A DNA stretch of 64,000 nt from Gemmatimonadota bacterium (GTDB lineage Bacteria; Gemmatimonadota; Gemmatimonadetes; Gemmatimonadales; GWC2-71-9): NCBI GenBank assembly GCA_039588295.1, contig JBDHAB010000001.1, positions 224,001 through 288,000 on the forward strand. The letters are read 5' to 3'. The position numbers were made by a program, and so were the translations under genes. Below are positions 7,304 through 17,369 of the stretch, in pieces. The notes under the pieces are model-generated. The model saw only the letters and a list, made by a program, of their open reading frames with translations. It was not told where the DNA came from and did no database searches. Position 1 is the stretch's first letter, and each line of letters begins with the position of its first letter.

Positions 7304-8785
7304 CTAGCCGCGCTGCTGCCAACGATTCAGCTGCGGCAGAGAGAAATCGGGTTCGAGGGCCGGATGCATGACGGCGTCGTACTCGAGGCTCGGAACGAGG
7401 TGTCGAATAGAATTGGCATAGTACTCCAGCAACGGTCGCTGCCGCGGCAGAATGACGAATGCGTCCCGTTGTCGAACCACCAGTCGGCGCATACTCAGCA
7501 TGCGCCAGGCGCGGTCCAGAATGACGTCCACCGGGCGTTGTGGCTGAACTAATGTCGCACCCTTCCGCAGCAATGCGTCGCGGAACTCGTCGACGCGCTC
7601 GAGTAGTTGAGCCTCGGGTACGAGCGTGTCGTTGAACGACAGGAGGGCCGCCGCGACGAGGGGCACGGGGGTCACGGGCATGATGTCGGCCACTCTAGCC
7701 ATCACGTGGTCGCCGAGTTCCTGGATGTGCGGTAGGCGCTCCTCCTTTGAGGGTGCCAGCGCGTCCGGCCGGTCGCGAAGCCATGCGCGCAACGACATCG
7801 GTTTGCCGAAGACGACATGGACACGCCCGTAACGGCGGAGATTCGCCGTGAGCAGTCGTACGAGGTTGGCCGACACGTAGTACAGCAGCCCGAGCATCTG
7901 GCGAAACCGGCCCGGTCGTGCGTCGCGATCGAGGAGCTCGAGAATCAGCGTGCGATCCTCCAAAACCCGATCGTAGTTCATCGCCACCGGCACGAGGTGA
8001 ATGTCGCGGGCGGGGTCGAATTCAGGGAGGACGGTGGCGATGGAATCGAGGAGCCCGAGCTTCGCGGGTCGGAACCGGCCGTCACGAGATAGGCCTCCTT
8101 CGAGGAAGATGCCCTGCGTGACGCCGTTTCGGGTAATCAGCTGCACGTAGCGTCTGAGAACCGTGTGGTAGAGCGGGTCGCGGAAACCCCGCCGTACGAA
8201 GTAGGCTCCAAAAGACTTGAACACATACTCCAACGGCCACACCCTAGCCCACTCACCGACGGCGTAGCTGATGCTGACGGCCCGCGCCAACACGTAGGCG
8301 AGCACCACGTAGTCGGCGTTCGAGCGGTGGTTCATGAGATAGACCACGACGTCGTCGCGAGGAATTCGGTCGAGCGCTTCGCGGTCCGCGTACTCGGACT
8401 CGACCCGGTATAGGAGATGGATGAGCGCTCGGGCGACGTTGTAGCCGAACTTGTAGTACGACAGCACGTTGAACTGGGGTACAATTTCGTCGACATACCT
8501 CTCGACCCGCACGCGAGCGTCGAGTTCACTCACCCCATGCTCGCGTGCGTGCTCCCCCATGGCGAGGCGCACTACCGGGTCACTGAGAAGGCTCTCCCGA
8601 ATACGGCGCTTGCTTACCAGCTTGTAGCGATCGAGGCGCACCCGGAAGTCGTGGACCGCGCGGAGCACCGCGCGGTTCACCCAGTGGCGGATGGCACGCC
8701 GGGTGCGGCGGATGGTCCACAGTGTCAGACCGGCCGTCAGTACGGCAGCAGCCGCGAGGAGCACCCAATCGGTAATGGAGAGAAT
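7304..8785 (-). CDS. Glycerol-3-phosphate/1-acylglycerol-phosphate acyltransferase (PlsB-like)
   Basis: NHRSNAD (HX4D), FLEGGLSRDG, YDRVLE motifs; start either ATT 8785 (TGATT overlap) or GTG 8764. Confidence 0.85.
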   Translation of the reverse strand: MLSITDWVLLAAAAVLTAGLTLWTIRRTRRAIRHWVNRAVLRAVHDFRVRLDRYKLVSKRRIRESLLSDPVVRLAMGEHAREHGVSELDARVRVERYVDEIVPQFNVLSYYKFGYNVARALIHLLYRVESEYADREALDRIPRDDVVVYLMNHRSNADYVVLAYVLARAVSISYAVGEWARVWPLEYVFKSFGAYFVRRGFRDPLYHTVLRRYVQLITRNGVTQGIFLEGGLSRDGRFRPAKLGLLDSIATVLPEFDPARDIHLVPVAMNYDRVLEDRTLILELLDRDARPGRFRQMLGLLYYVSANLVRLLTANLRRYGRVHVVFGKPMSLRAWLRDRPDALAPSKEERLPHIQELGDHVMARVADIMPVTPVPLVAAALLSFNDTLVPEAQLLERVDEFRDALLRKGATLVQPQRPVDVILDRAWRMLSMRRLVVRQRDAFVILPRQRPLLEYYANSIRHLVPSLEYDAVMHPALEPDFSLPQLNRWQQRG

Positions 8786-9825
8786 CAGGCTCCCTCCGGT
8801 AGCGCTCCCGTGCGTTCGAGTTGGTAGGCCATGGCCTTCAGGCGGGCAATGCGAACCGCCATGGGGGGATGGGTCGCCAGGGCGTTTGCCACGAATCCTT
8901 CCTTGCTCGATACACGACGTCCTAAGGGATCAGCGATGCAGAGATGCGCGGTGCCGCGCTTGATCGCGGCGGTAGGAGCAACCGCGTCTTCGATCTTGCG
9001 CAGGGCTGCTGCGAGCGCACCCGGGTTGCGGGTGAACTGCGCGGCCGTGGCGTCGGCGAGGAACTCGCGCTTTCGGCTCACGGCGAGCGCCAGGAGCCGC
9101 GAGACGATCGGTGCGAGAATGAGCGTGATGAGCCAGACGACGAGCACGACGAGCGCGAGCGCGCCGGCGCCACCTTTCTTTCCCCCTCCTCCTCCGCCCC
9201 CGCGTCCGCCGCCCCGTCGGCTGAAACTCCCGAATCGAATGAGCCGCCACGAACCCTCGGAGAGCAAGGCGATCACACCGACCAGTGCCGCGAGCAAGGT
9301 CATGAGTTTGACGTCGTGATTCTGGATGTGCGCCATTTCGTGGGCGACGACGCTCTGGAGCTCGTCACGGTTCAGGGTCTGGAGCAGCCCCTCGGTGACG
9401 GCGACGTGCGCTTCCTGCGCGTTGGTTCCCGTGGCGAAGGCGTTGGGGTCTTGATCGGGGACCACCCAGATCGTCGGGCGTGGCAGACCCGAGGCAATGG
9501 CCATTTCCTCCACGACGTTCACCAGCTGATGCTCTTCGGGATTGCTCGACTCGAGCAGCTGCCAGGCCCCGGTCGACCAGAGCACCTGTTTCGGTCCGCG
9601 CCTGAAGGCGAACCAGGCCATGCCGAGACCCGCCAGCGTCGTGCCGATTCCAAACCATGGGATCGCGTGATGATAGGCATTGGGTGGTGCGTCGACGGTG
9701 CCAAGGTAGAATGCGAGGTCGCCGCCGAACCCAACCCAGGCAAAGAACCCGACAAAGATGGCTACCAGGATCGCGGAGCGGCGGCGATTCGCTTTCTGTT
9801 GTGCGAAGAGGTTCGTGTCACTCAC
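8785..9825 (-). CDS. htpX: HtpX-like M48 membrane zinc protease
   Basis: PNAFATG, AHEMAH (HEXXH), SRKREFLAD, ATHPP. Confidence 0.92.
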   Translation of the reverse strand: MSDTNLFAQQKANRRRSAILVAIFVGFFAWVGFGGDLAFYLGTVDAPPNAYHHAIPWFGIGTTLAGLGMAWFAFRRGPKQVLWSTGAWQLLESSNPEEHQLVNVVEEMAIASGLPRPTIWVVPDQDPNAFATGTNAQEAHVAVTEGLLQTLNRDELQSVVAHEMAHIQNHDVKLMTLLAALVGVIALLSEGSWRLIRFGSFSRRGGGRGGGGGGGKKGGAGALALVVLVVWLITLILAPIVSRLLALAVSRKREFLADATAAQFTRNPGALAAALRKIEDAVAPTAAIKRGTAHLCIADPLGRRVSSKEGFVANALATHPPMAVRIARLKAMAYQLERTGALPEGA

Positions 9826-10412
9826 TGCTTGGGCTTCGAGGACAGGTCGACCTTTGGCACCTCACGTTCCTGCTCGTCGCTGATCTCCCACAATTCGACG
9901 ATCTCCGCACGGGCCAGCCCAGCGATCAGGTTCCAGGGAAACTGCTGCTGGCGCACGTTGTACGTGGTGGCCGTGTCGTTGTACAGTTGGCGGGCGAACG
10001 CGACCCGATTCTCGGTCGAGGTGAGCTCTTCCTGCAACTGACCGACATTCGACGTTGCTTTGAGGTCCGGATACCGCTCGACGACGAGGTTGAACCTCGA
10101 GAGCGCAGCCGAGAGCGTGGCCTCCGCGGCGGCGAGTTCCTTGATGCCACCGGTGGGCGTCGCGCCCGCCTGAATCTGCACCGCCTGGTTGCGAGCCTGG
10201 ATCACGGACTCGAGCGTCTCACGCTCGAACTCCATGGCGCCCTTGACCGCCTCGATGAGGTTGGGAATCAAATCGTGTCGTCGCTTGAGTTGCACGTCGA
10301 TCTGCTTCCAGGCGTTCAGCGTCTGGCCTTTGAGCGCGATGAGCGCGTTGTAGGCCGAGATCGCCCAGACGACGACGACCACGATCAGGATGAGAAAGAT
10401 CCAAGTTGCCAT
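9822..10412 (-). CDS. lemA: LemA family protein
   Basis: YN.L...AWKQIDVQLKRRHDLIPNL, ERYPDLKA, ENRVAFARQLYND, QFPWNLIA. Confidence 0.95.
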   Translation of the reverse strand: MATWIFLILIVVVVVWAISAYNALIALKGQTLNAWKQIDVQLKRRHDLIPNLIEAVKGAMEFERETLESVIQARNQAVQIQAGATPTGGIKELAAAEATLSAALSRFNLVVERYPDLKATSNVGQLQEELTSTENRVAFARQLYNDTATTYNVRQQQFPWNLIAGLARAEIVELWEISDEQEREVPKVDLSSKPKQ

Positions 10413-10441
10413 GCTCGACTCCGGTTTGGCGGTCTACGTAG

Positions 10442-11137
10442 TCATGCGGAGTGGCCACTTCGCTCGGACGACGAATCGTCGCTCGTGGCGTCCGAGACAC
10501 GGTGGAGCGGCGAGAGAATACGCCCGATGGCGAGGCGAATCGCATCTCCAATCTGTGTTCGGAGATCCTCGCGCGTGGCCGCCGGATGATTCTCGCGAAT
10601 GTGCAGCTCGAGTCCGTCGTCAACGGGCATCCGTTGCCATACCGTAACAACAGCCTCGTCCTCGTCCGTCCCTGGTCGGCTCCACACTCGAAAGATCTGC
10701 CCCGCCCGCCCCCGCGGTTGGTCTTCCTCAGAGAAGAGCGGGAGTGCTGCGGGTGCTGGGAGTTCCGACCCCAGCGCCGCGGCGACGCGGCGCTCCAACA
10801 CATCGCCGGCGGTCGCGGACAACTCCTTGGCAATCCCCGCGAGGGTCGATCCCTCCATCTGCCGCAGCTTGATGGCGAGCACCTCGAGGAGATGACGGTA
10901 CGAATACGTCGCTGCAGTCCCTCGTCCTTCAGGTGGCGTCACCAAATTACGCGCGACATAGAACCGAATGGTGCGCTCAGTCGGATGAGCGCTCGCCGCT
11001 GCGTTGATGGGCCGTACGCCTGCTGCGTCGAGAATGGCGGCCGTGAGTGCGGTGAGATCGCGAAGACTCCATGGTGCGAGCCGCCGGTACTCTCTCAGGC
11101 TTGCTAGCGGGTCCTGGACTTGTCCGCCGCCAGTCAT
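10442..11137 (-). CDS. MerR-type HTH transcriptional regulator
   Basis: ERTIRFYVARNLVTPP.GRG..ATYSYRHL...IK.RQ.EG.TL..I. Confidence 0.85.
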   Translation of the reverse strand: MTGGGQVQDPLASLREYRRLAPWSLRDLTALTAAILDAAGVRPINAAASAHPTERTIRFYVARNLVTPPEGRGTAATYSYRHLLEVLAIKLRQMEGSTLAGIAKELSATAGDVLERRVAAALGSELPAPAALPLFSEEDQPRGRAGQIFRVWSRPGTDEDEAVVTVWQRMPVDDGLELHIRENHPAATREDLRTQIGDAIRLAIGRILSPLHRVSDATSDDSSSERSGHSA

Positions 11138-11293
11138 CGATCTGAGGCCCTCCGTTCGCGAACGGCACGCAGGATGAGCATGCGTAGTATGGGTGGTGGC
11201 CGTGGGGTGGGCAAGGGTGATGTGGGAGGGTTCCGATCCTGACCTGCAACACTCGGGTTAGGTGGGGGTATCGCCGGCGCACGAGGTTGGCGC

Positions 11294-11722
11294 ATGCGAC
11301 GCGGCGTTACCCTCTTGGAACTCGTGACGGTGCTCGCCGTCATCGGCATCGTCACCATCGTGGCCCTGCCGCACCTCTCCTCGTGGTGGGATCGTCTCGC
11401 TACCGCCCGAGCCGCGCGCGAGCTCGCAAACTTCTACACCTACAGTCGGTTCGGCGCGATCTTTCACGGTACGCGGGTACGCCTGGAGTTCGGCGCAGAT
11501 ACGCTGCGTGCAGTGTACGAGGGGGTGCGCGACTCCGTGTTTCTCGTGCGGCCGGGACCCAGCCGGCACGGCGTCTCCCTGACCGCCAGCCGCCGTGTCA
11601 TCCGCGTCCATCCGAACGGGATCGGTCGGGGAGGGGCAAACACCAAGCTGGTAGTGCGCCGCGGTGCCGCGGCGGAATCACTCACCACGTCGCGGCTCGG
11701 ACGTCTGAAGCGTTGGAATTGA
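11294..11722 (+). CDS. GspH/FimT-like pseudopilin with prepilin cleavage motif
   Basis: RRG|VTLLELVTVLAVIGIV class III signal; C-terminal SRLGRLK. Confidence 0.85.
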   Translation: MRRGVTLLELVTVLAVIGIVTIVALPHLSSWWDRLATARAARELANFYTYSRFGAIFHGTRVRLEFGADTLRAVYEGVRDSVFLVRPGPSRHGVSLTASRRVIRVHPNGIGRGGANTKLVVRRGAAAESLTTSRLGRLKRWN

Positions 11723-11749
11723 TCGCCGTTGGTGGCGACGCTGGCAGCG

Positions 11750-12814
11750 TCAGCGCCGGCCCAGCGTCCAACGCATGACCGGGCCGTCCTCCGCCGGCCA
11801 GACCGTAGGGCCCAGGGCCGCAGCCGGCGCCTCTACGTCAGCACGGATGCCTCCGTCAGTGAGGCCGATCGCGACGAGCTGCCCGGGTCCATCGTCACCA
11901 CCGGTGACGACGAAGACCGTGCGACTGTCGATGCCCACCGCCAGGCCCCTGGGTTCCGACGAGGTGCGAACGTCGGCCACACGCGTCCGGCGTCGTACGT
12001 CGAACACCACGATCCCCAGCCCAGCGGGACGCATGATGACCGCAACCCGTCCGTCCGGCGAACGAACGAAATCCGTGCCACCGGTTCCGACATCGGCCGA
12101 GTCGAACGGTGTGAGGCGCGGGCGATCGACGTACAGGAGCTGCCCCGATCGGTGGCAGAGCACGTACACGATGGTGCCGTTGGGCGCCAGGCTGAGGGCC
12201 GTGGCTCCGCACGGCAGACCGTTCTCGGACCCAAGGGTCGTCGACCGCACTGCCGAGCGCAGCCGTTTGTCGACTTCAATGAGCTGGTCGCCACCGCACA
12301 GCACGTAGAGTTTGTCGGTCGCTTTCACCGTAGCGATGCCGCGGAGTGAGTCGGTGCAGACGTCCACGCCCACCGGCGCGGTGGCGAGGTCCGCGGAAAG
12401 GAACTGGACCGCTGACGCGATCCCGTCGCCGGTTTGTTGAACGGTGCCAACGAGCAGCGTCCTGCCGTCGGGGAGCACGCTGACCGCGGCAAGATCGCCG
12501 TGAGGCACCGCAGCACGGTCGAGCACGGTGCCATCGCTCACCCGTATCCGTTCGAGCGTGCTGGACCGTGGCCCGCGCCAGCCAACGTACAGCGTGCTGC
12601 CGTCCAGTCCGGGCCAAAGCCCAGACAGCTCACGAGTCGAGTCGCGGACGCCGCCCGGCACGACCGTGTCGAGCACAGAGAGATCGGGGCGGAAGAGCGT
12701 GACGACTCGCGCGGTGGGATCGGCGAGCGCGACCCAGCGGGGTTCGGGCGAGCACCCCAGGACAAGGAGCCCGGCGTACGGTACGAGAATCGTGAGCCGG
12801 CGAACGACGTGCAT
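11750..12814 (-). CDS. YncE-like beta-propeller lipoprotein
   Basis: Lipobox VLGC; repeated PDG(R/S)TLYV-type blades; start reassigned to ATG 12814. Confidence 0.75.
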   Translation of the reverse strand: MHVVRRLTILVPYAGLLVLGCSPEPRWVALADPTARVVTLFRPDLSVLDTVVPGGVRDSTRELSGLWPGLDGSTLYVGWRGPRSSTLERIRVSDGTVLDRAAVPHGDLAAVSVLPDGRTLLVGTVQQTGDGIASAVQFLSADLATAPVGVDVCTDSLRGIATVKATDKLYVLCGGDQLIEVDKRLRSAVRSTTLGSENGLPCGATALSLAPNGTIVYVLCHRSGQLLYVDRPRLTPFDSADVGTGGTDFVRSPDGRVAVIMRPAGLGIVVFDVRRRTRVADVRTSSEPRGLAVGIDSRTVFVVTGGDDGPGQLVAIGLTDGGIRADVEAPAAALGPTVWPAEDGPVMRWTLGRR

Positions 12815-12839
12815 GAGGCGGCGGGCCGGCCGAGCCAGC

Positions 12840-13541
12840 TCAGCCGCCGGTTGAACGTCCAGTGCGGCGTTCGGCCTGTTGCCGGAATGCCTCGATCGCC
12901 GACCCGTGATCCAGGTACTCTTGACGGCCCGCGCTGATCTCGCGCTGGTAGTTCTCGAGGAATCGCTCGTGTGCGGCACGGCTCGCCGCACTGTCACCCT
13001 GCACTTGTGCCACCGAGTTGCGGAGCATCGCCGCCAGAAGGTGACCCGGGACCGCGCTCTCCATGGAATCCACCCGTGCCATTGCCTCTTCGGCGTTGCC
13101 CGTGATGGCGCTGACGAGCCCCACATGGTAGTGCGCGTCGGGGTCGAGGTCACCCAAGATGCCGTAGGCCTGAACCGCCATGGAGGCAAACTGGTTGACC
13201 CTGCCGAAATCGCCCTGCTCGTGCGCGGTCATGACCAGATTGAACAGGCGATCGGCCTGCTGCCGGGGGGAGAGATTGCTGATGTCCGGGGCGGCCCCGG
13301 TAGCGCCGGCTGCTGCGAACGGCGCCCCACCCGGTGCCACGGCCGGCTGAGATGACCGACCGGCGCTGTAGGCAACGACCGCGACCACGATCACCACGAC
13401 CAGCGCTACCAGACCGAGCAGCGGGGGCGGTATCGGTTTCCGTTCGGTACCCTGCTTGGCTCCGCACGCGTGGCAGAATTGGGCGGTGGCGTTGATCGAG
13501 GCCCCGCAGTTGCCGCACGTCTTCTTGGCAGTCGCGTTCAT
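12840..13541 (-). CDS. Zinc-ribbon / TM / TPR-like protein
   Basis: CGNCG...FCHACG, one TM helix, TPR-like helices (DPDAHYHVG). Confidence 0.75.
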   Translation of the reverse strand: MNATAKKTCGNCGASINATAQFCHACGAKQGTERKPIPPPLLGLVALVVVIVVAVVAYSAGRSSQPAVAPGGAPFAAAGATGAAPDISNLSPRQQADRLFNLVMTAHEQGDFGRVNQFASMAVQAYGILGDLDPDAHYHVGLVSAITGNAEEAMARVDSMESAVPGHLLAAMLRNSVAQVQGDSAASRAAHERFLENYQREISAGRQEYLDHGSAIEAFRQQAERRTGRSTGG

Positions 13542-13683
13542 CGAAAGAGTCCCTGGGTCTTCGTTGTACGACATATCGCTCGGAGGCGAGTAATATAGTA
13601 GAGGCACCACCAGATAGTCCGTGGCGTGTGCGGGCGAGCATCCACGCTGGCGTGGTCACGCGGAGGAGATTACTGTAGCGCAC

Positions 13684-13986
13684 ATGACGTCGGATTCAGG
13701 AGATCAATCCAAGCCTACACGATTCGACCCTCCGTGGAGCCAGATCAAGGCTCGGCAGATGGGGGAGTTGCAGCGGGGCGAAGACCGGTGGGACGTTCTG
13801 TTGGAGACCGTGGTCGACTCCTCGGTGGACGCGATCCGGGGCCGGATCCATTTCATTTGCGGCAACGTGCATCGCCTGTCCGGGTGGATCTTCTTGGAAT
13901 GGGCCGAGAAGGAGATCGAGATACGCTTCACGGAGTTTTCGGCGCAAGAGCTGTGGACGCTCCTGGGCTCCCTCGAGGAGTCGTAG
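13684..13986 (+). CDS. Hypothetical protein
   Basis: GGAGG SD, ATG 13684, protein-like composition. Confidence 0.7.
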   Translation: MTSDSGDQSKPTRFDPPWSQIKARQMGELQRGEDRWDVLLETVVDSSVDAIRGRIHFICGNVHRLSGWIFLEWAEKEIEIRFTEFSAQELWTLLGSLEES

Positions 13987-13990
13987 CGCT

Positions 13991-14857
13991 ATTCCCACTG
14001 AGATCCTCGGAACCCCGATCGACGCGGTGTTGCTCGATGTCGACGGAACGCTGCTTTCAGAGTCCGGCGCCGTCCCAGGCGCCGCGCGAGCGGTCCAGAG
14101 TCTACGTCGCCGTGCCGTACCGTTTCGGGTCCTGACCAACATCACGCGCCGTTCACGATCCGCTGTCGTGGAACGTCTGCGTCGGCACGACATTGATGTG
14201 CGTGCCGAGGAGGTGTTCACGTCTGTGCTGGCCGGCGCCCAGTGGCTCAGGCGGAGGAGCATACGGGTAGTGGCGCCCTACGTGGCGGAGGAGGCCCTCG
14301 CCGATCTCGCGGAGTTCACACTGGTCGGTGGGATGAGCCGTCGCACGGGAGCCGACGCACCCCAGGCGGTCGTCGTCGGCGATCTGGGTGAGAGTTGGTC
14401 ACATGCGCTGCTCAACGAGGCGTTCCGCCATGTCATGAATGGAGCGCAGTTCGTCGCGCTGCAGCGGGGACGCTATTGGCTCGGCCCCACGGGCCTGGAA
14501 GTGGACGCCGGTGCCTACGTTGCCGCGCTGGAGTACGCGACGGAGAAGCAGGCAGTCGTGTGTGGCAAGCCGAATACCGAGTTCTTCCTGGGCGCCGTCG
14601 CATCGCTGAAAGGCGAAGATCTCGCCGCCGCCGCCGCCGCGGATGGCACGCGACGCGGTGGACCGTCGCGGCAACCTGACCGGGTGCCTGGGGTCGTCAT
14701 GGTCGGCGACGATCTCTGGTCGGATGTGTATGGCGCGCAGCAGGCGGGGCTCGGAGGTTGGCTCGTCCGGACGGGCAAGTTTCGCACGGACGTATTGGCG
14801 GAGAGCGATGTACGGCCCGACCGTGTGATCGAGTCGGTAGCGGAACTCGTCGATTGA
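13991..14857 (+). CDS. HAD-superfamily class IIA hydrolase (LHPP/NagD-like)
   Basis: LLDVDGTL, LTN, CGKP, MVGDD..SDV.GA, LVRTGKF; start probably ATT 13991 (GTG 14027 lies inside motif I). Confidence 0.9.
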   Translation: MPTEILGTPIDAVLLDVDGTLLSESGAVPGAARAVQSLRRRAVPFRVLTNITRRSRSAVVERLRRHDIDVRAEEVFTSVLAGAQWLRRRSIRVVAPYVAEEALADLAEFTLVGGMSRRTGADAPQAVVVGDLGESWSHALLNEAFRHVMNGAQFVALQRGRYWLGPTGLEVDAGAYVAALEYATEKQAVVCGKPNTEFFLGAVASLKGEDLAAAAAADGTRRGGPSRQPDRVPGVVMVGDDLWSDVYGAQQAGLGGWLVRTGKFRTDVLAESDVRPDRVIESVAELVD

Positions 14858-16440
14858 GGATCGTACGCAGCACGCGGTTCGCGACACTGGCGGCGCTGCT
14901 TCTGCTGTCGTGGCCGTCGTCGCCGCTTCGTGCCCAACAGGTGCCGCCCGGCGACCCGGTAATCGATCGCGTTGTCGTGCGCACGCACAACGTGTTCGAC
15001 AGCACCGAGGCTCGGGGCAACTTCCTCTTCCGCTTGGCCAATGCGCTCCACTTCACCACACGGTCGTCGGTCGTGCGGCACGAGCTGCTCTTCAAGGAAG
15101 GTGATCGATACGACGCGGCCAAGGTGGCGGAGACACTGCGCAACCTGCGTGCGCGGGGGCTCTTTCGTGATGTGCGCATTGAAACACAGCCCTCCGACAG
15201 CGGGGTCGAGGTGCTCGTCGAAACGGCTGACGGATGGACGACCGAAGCGGTGCTCAACGCCAGATTCACCGCCGGAGAGTTCTCCTGGGCGTTGGGCGGA
15301 CGCGAACGCAATGTGCTGGGAACGGGGGCGGAGCTCGGGGTGGTCTACCGTGATGAGCCGGATCGCACAGCGCTGCAGTTGAGTGGTGCGGTCCCCCGGA
15401 TTCGTGGCACGAGGTTCGAGGTTCGGGGATTCTTCCACGATCTCAGCGACGGTGATGTTGGAGGCTGGTCGGTAGCGCTTCCGTTTCGATCGCTAGCCGA
15501 TCGCAACGGGTTCGCGCTCACGGGTTTTGTAGGGCGGCAGCGCATCCTCCAGTTTCGCGACGGAGATTCGCTGGAGACCTATCGACGGCGGGTGTTCCTG
15601 CAGCGCGGAGAGGTAGCCTACGCGCCCTACGCAAGTTCGGCCGGATACGTCCGTGTCGGTCTGGCCGCGCAGATCAAGCGGGAAGAGTACTTGCTGTGGG
15701 GCGAGGTGGCCTCGCAGGTGCCGGACACGGTGACCGGTGCGGTCGGGGCGTTCGCCGAGGTGCTACTCCCGCGCTTCAAGGTGGTCACGCATTACGACGG
15801 GTTCGCGCGCGAGGTGGATCTCGATCTGAGTACGCGACTTGCGGTCGGGGCGTGGATTGCACCGAGTGGGCTTGGCTACCGCGAAACGGGAATTGGGCCG
15901 AGCGCCTATTTGCAGACCGGCGTGTCGTGGGGGAGGAACTTTGCGAAGCTCCAGGCGTGGGCCAACGGCCTGTTCACCGACACCGGCCTCGATTCCGGGC
16001 AAGTGCGTGCCGCTCTTACGCTGGCCTCGCAGGTGATTCCCAAAAACGCAATCGTGTTCCACATCGAGGCGGGATCTCGTCGCGGCACGCCGCCCGGTAG
16101 CGAGTTCGACCTGGGTCACGGTCAGGGCCCCAGGGTGTTCGGTCCGCACGCGTTCACGGGCGACCGGTCACTCTGGGGTACACTCGAGCACCGCGCCTTC
16201 CTCGTCGACGAGTTCGCGGGCGTGATCGGTGTCGGGTTGGCGGGGTTCGTGGACTACGGGGGAGCGTGGTATGCGGACCAGGAAGCGCGCGTTGGAGGAG
16301 ATATTGGACTTGGGCTCCGGTTCGGTGCCACGCGCTCGACGGGGCAGAACATCGGACGCCTCGATGTCGCGTACCGGTTTGGCGACGGCTGGGAGGGGAG
16401 CCGCTGGGCGGTGAGCTTCGGACGAGGCTTCGCGTTCTAG
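14854..16440 (+). CDS. POTRA + Omp85/BamA-TamA-like outer-membrane beta-barrel
   Basis: Signal peptide; ELLFKEGD.YD...ETLRNLR POTRA; ERNVLGTG; C-terminal aromatic F; TTG overlaps the upstream TGA. Confidence 0.85.
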   Translation: MRIVRSTRFATLAALLLLSWPSSPLRAQQVPPGDPVIDRVVVRTHNVFDSTEARGNFLFRLANALHFTTRSSVVRHELLFKEGDRYDAAKVAETLRNLRARGLFRDVRIETQPSDSGVEVLVETADGWTTEAVLNARFTAGEFSWALGGRERNVLGTGAELGVVYRDEPDRTALQLSGAVPRIRGTRFEVRGFFHDLSDGDVGGWSVALPFRSLADRNGFALTGFVGRQRILQFRDGDSLETYRRRVFLQRGEVAYAPYASSAGYVRVGLAAQIKREEYLLWGEVASQVPDTVTGAVGAFAEVLLPRFKVVTHYDGFAREVDLDLSTRLAVGAWIAPSGLGYRETGIGPSAYLQTGVSWGRNFAKLQAWANGLFTDTGLDSGQVRAALTLASQVIPKNAIVFHIEAGSRRGTPPGSEFDLGHGQGPRVFGPHAFTGDRSLWGTLEHRAFLVDEFAGVIGVGLAGFVDYGGAWYADQEARVGGDIGLGLRFGATRSTGQNIGRLDVAYRFGDGWEGSRWAVSFGRGFAF

Positions 16441-16461
16441 GGTACACCCGACGGGAGCGCT

Positions 16462-16791
16462 CTACCAGGCAATCTGGACCGCAGTACCCGCCGCGCTGAC
16501 CATCAGCATGTTGCCGCCCTGGCCGACCTGAATGGTCTCATAGTCGATGTCGACGCCGACGACCGCGTTGGCACCCAAGGCCTCCGCCTCCATTGCCATT
16601 TCGTCGATCGCCGTGTCTCGAGCCTTGCGCAGCTCTTCCTCGTAGGCGGCGGATCGTCCGCCGACGATGTCGCGGATCCCGGCGAAAAAGTCCTTGAAGA
16701 TATTGGCGCCCAGGATCGCTTCTCCGGTCACGATACCGTAGTAATTGCCTATTTCGACGCCCTGCACCGTCGGGGTTGTCGTAATGAGCAC
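16462..16791 (-). CDS. YbjQ/UPF0145 family protein
   Basis: [47 protein letters not shown]. Confidence 0.92.
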   Translation of the reverse strand: MLITTTPTVQGVEIGNYYGIVTGEAILGANIFKDFFAGIRDIVGGRSAAYEEELRKARDTAIDEMAMEAEALGANAVVGVDIDYETIQVGQGGNMLMVSAAGTAVQIAW

Positions 16792-16808
16792 GGGCTCTCC
16801 TCCAATTT

Positions 16809-17369
16809 TCAGGTTCTGAGACGATGGAGCGCGATCGCGCGTGCGATCGCGCGTCGCAGCGCTCCATCCACGCCTCGCTGTCCGATATCGGTGACGAGGC
16901 ACCACAAGGCCTTGGCCGTCCCGGACGACGGGGACGACGCTGACGCGACTCCGTGAAACATGAGATCGTGATGTAGATGGCCGGGCTCACCCATGGCCGG
17001 CGGGATCTCGTGCACCTCGATGCTCACGAGTTCCAGCCGGTCATGCTCCGAGACGACCACGCCAGTTTCCTCTTGGACTTCTCGGAATGCGGCGTTCACG
17101 ATGGACGTGTCGTGCGGCTCGATGTGCCCACCGGGCTGAAGCCAGCGACCGAGCCGCTCGTGGTATGCCAACAGCACGTGCTGTCTCGTGGAATCGAGCA
17201 CCACGGCGCTCGCCGTGATGTGCCCTGGCTCGTAGGTGGTTCTGGCAAACGGATCTCGAGTAGTGCGCAGGAGATCGGCGGTGCGCCGTGCGTCGTGCGT
17301 CGCGCGTGCGTCGCTGGCGGCGTCGAACGCCTCCACGACAGCGAGTACCTCTCGACGCGAAACAATCAT
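16809..17369 (-). CDS. NUDIX hydrolase
   Basis: [15 protein letters not shown]...[11 protein letters not shown]udix box. Confidence 0.9.
   Translation of the reverse strand: MIVSRREVLAVVEAFDAASDARATHDARRTADLLRTTRDPFARTTYEPGHITASAVVLDSTRQHVLLAYHERLGRWLQPGGHIEPHDTSIVNAAFREVQEETGVVVSEHDRLELVSIEVHEIPPAMGEPGHLHHDLMFHGVASASSPSSGTAKALWCLVTDIGQRGVDGALRRAIARAIALHRLRT

Noticed and set aside
14623..14641. GCC run in the HAD gene as a phase-variation tract
   Set aside because: Trinucleotide poly-Ala in a linker; length change would not shift the frame
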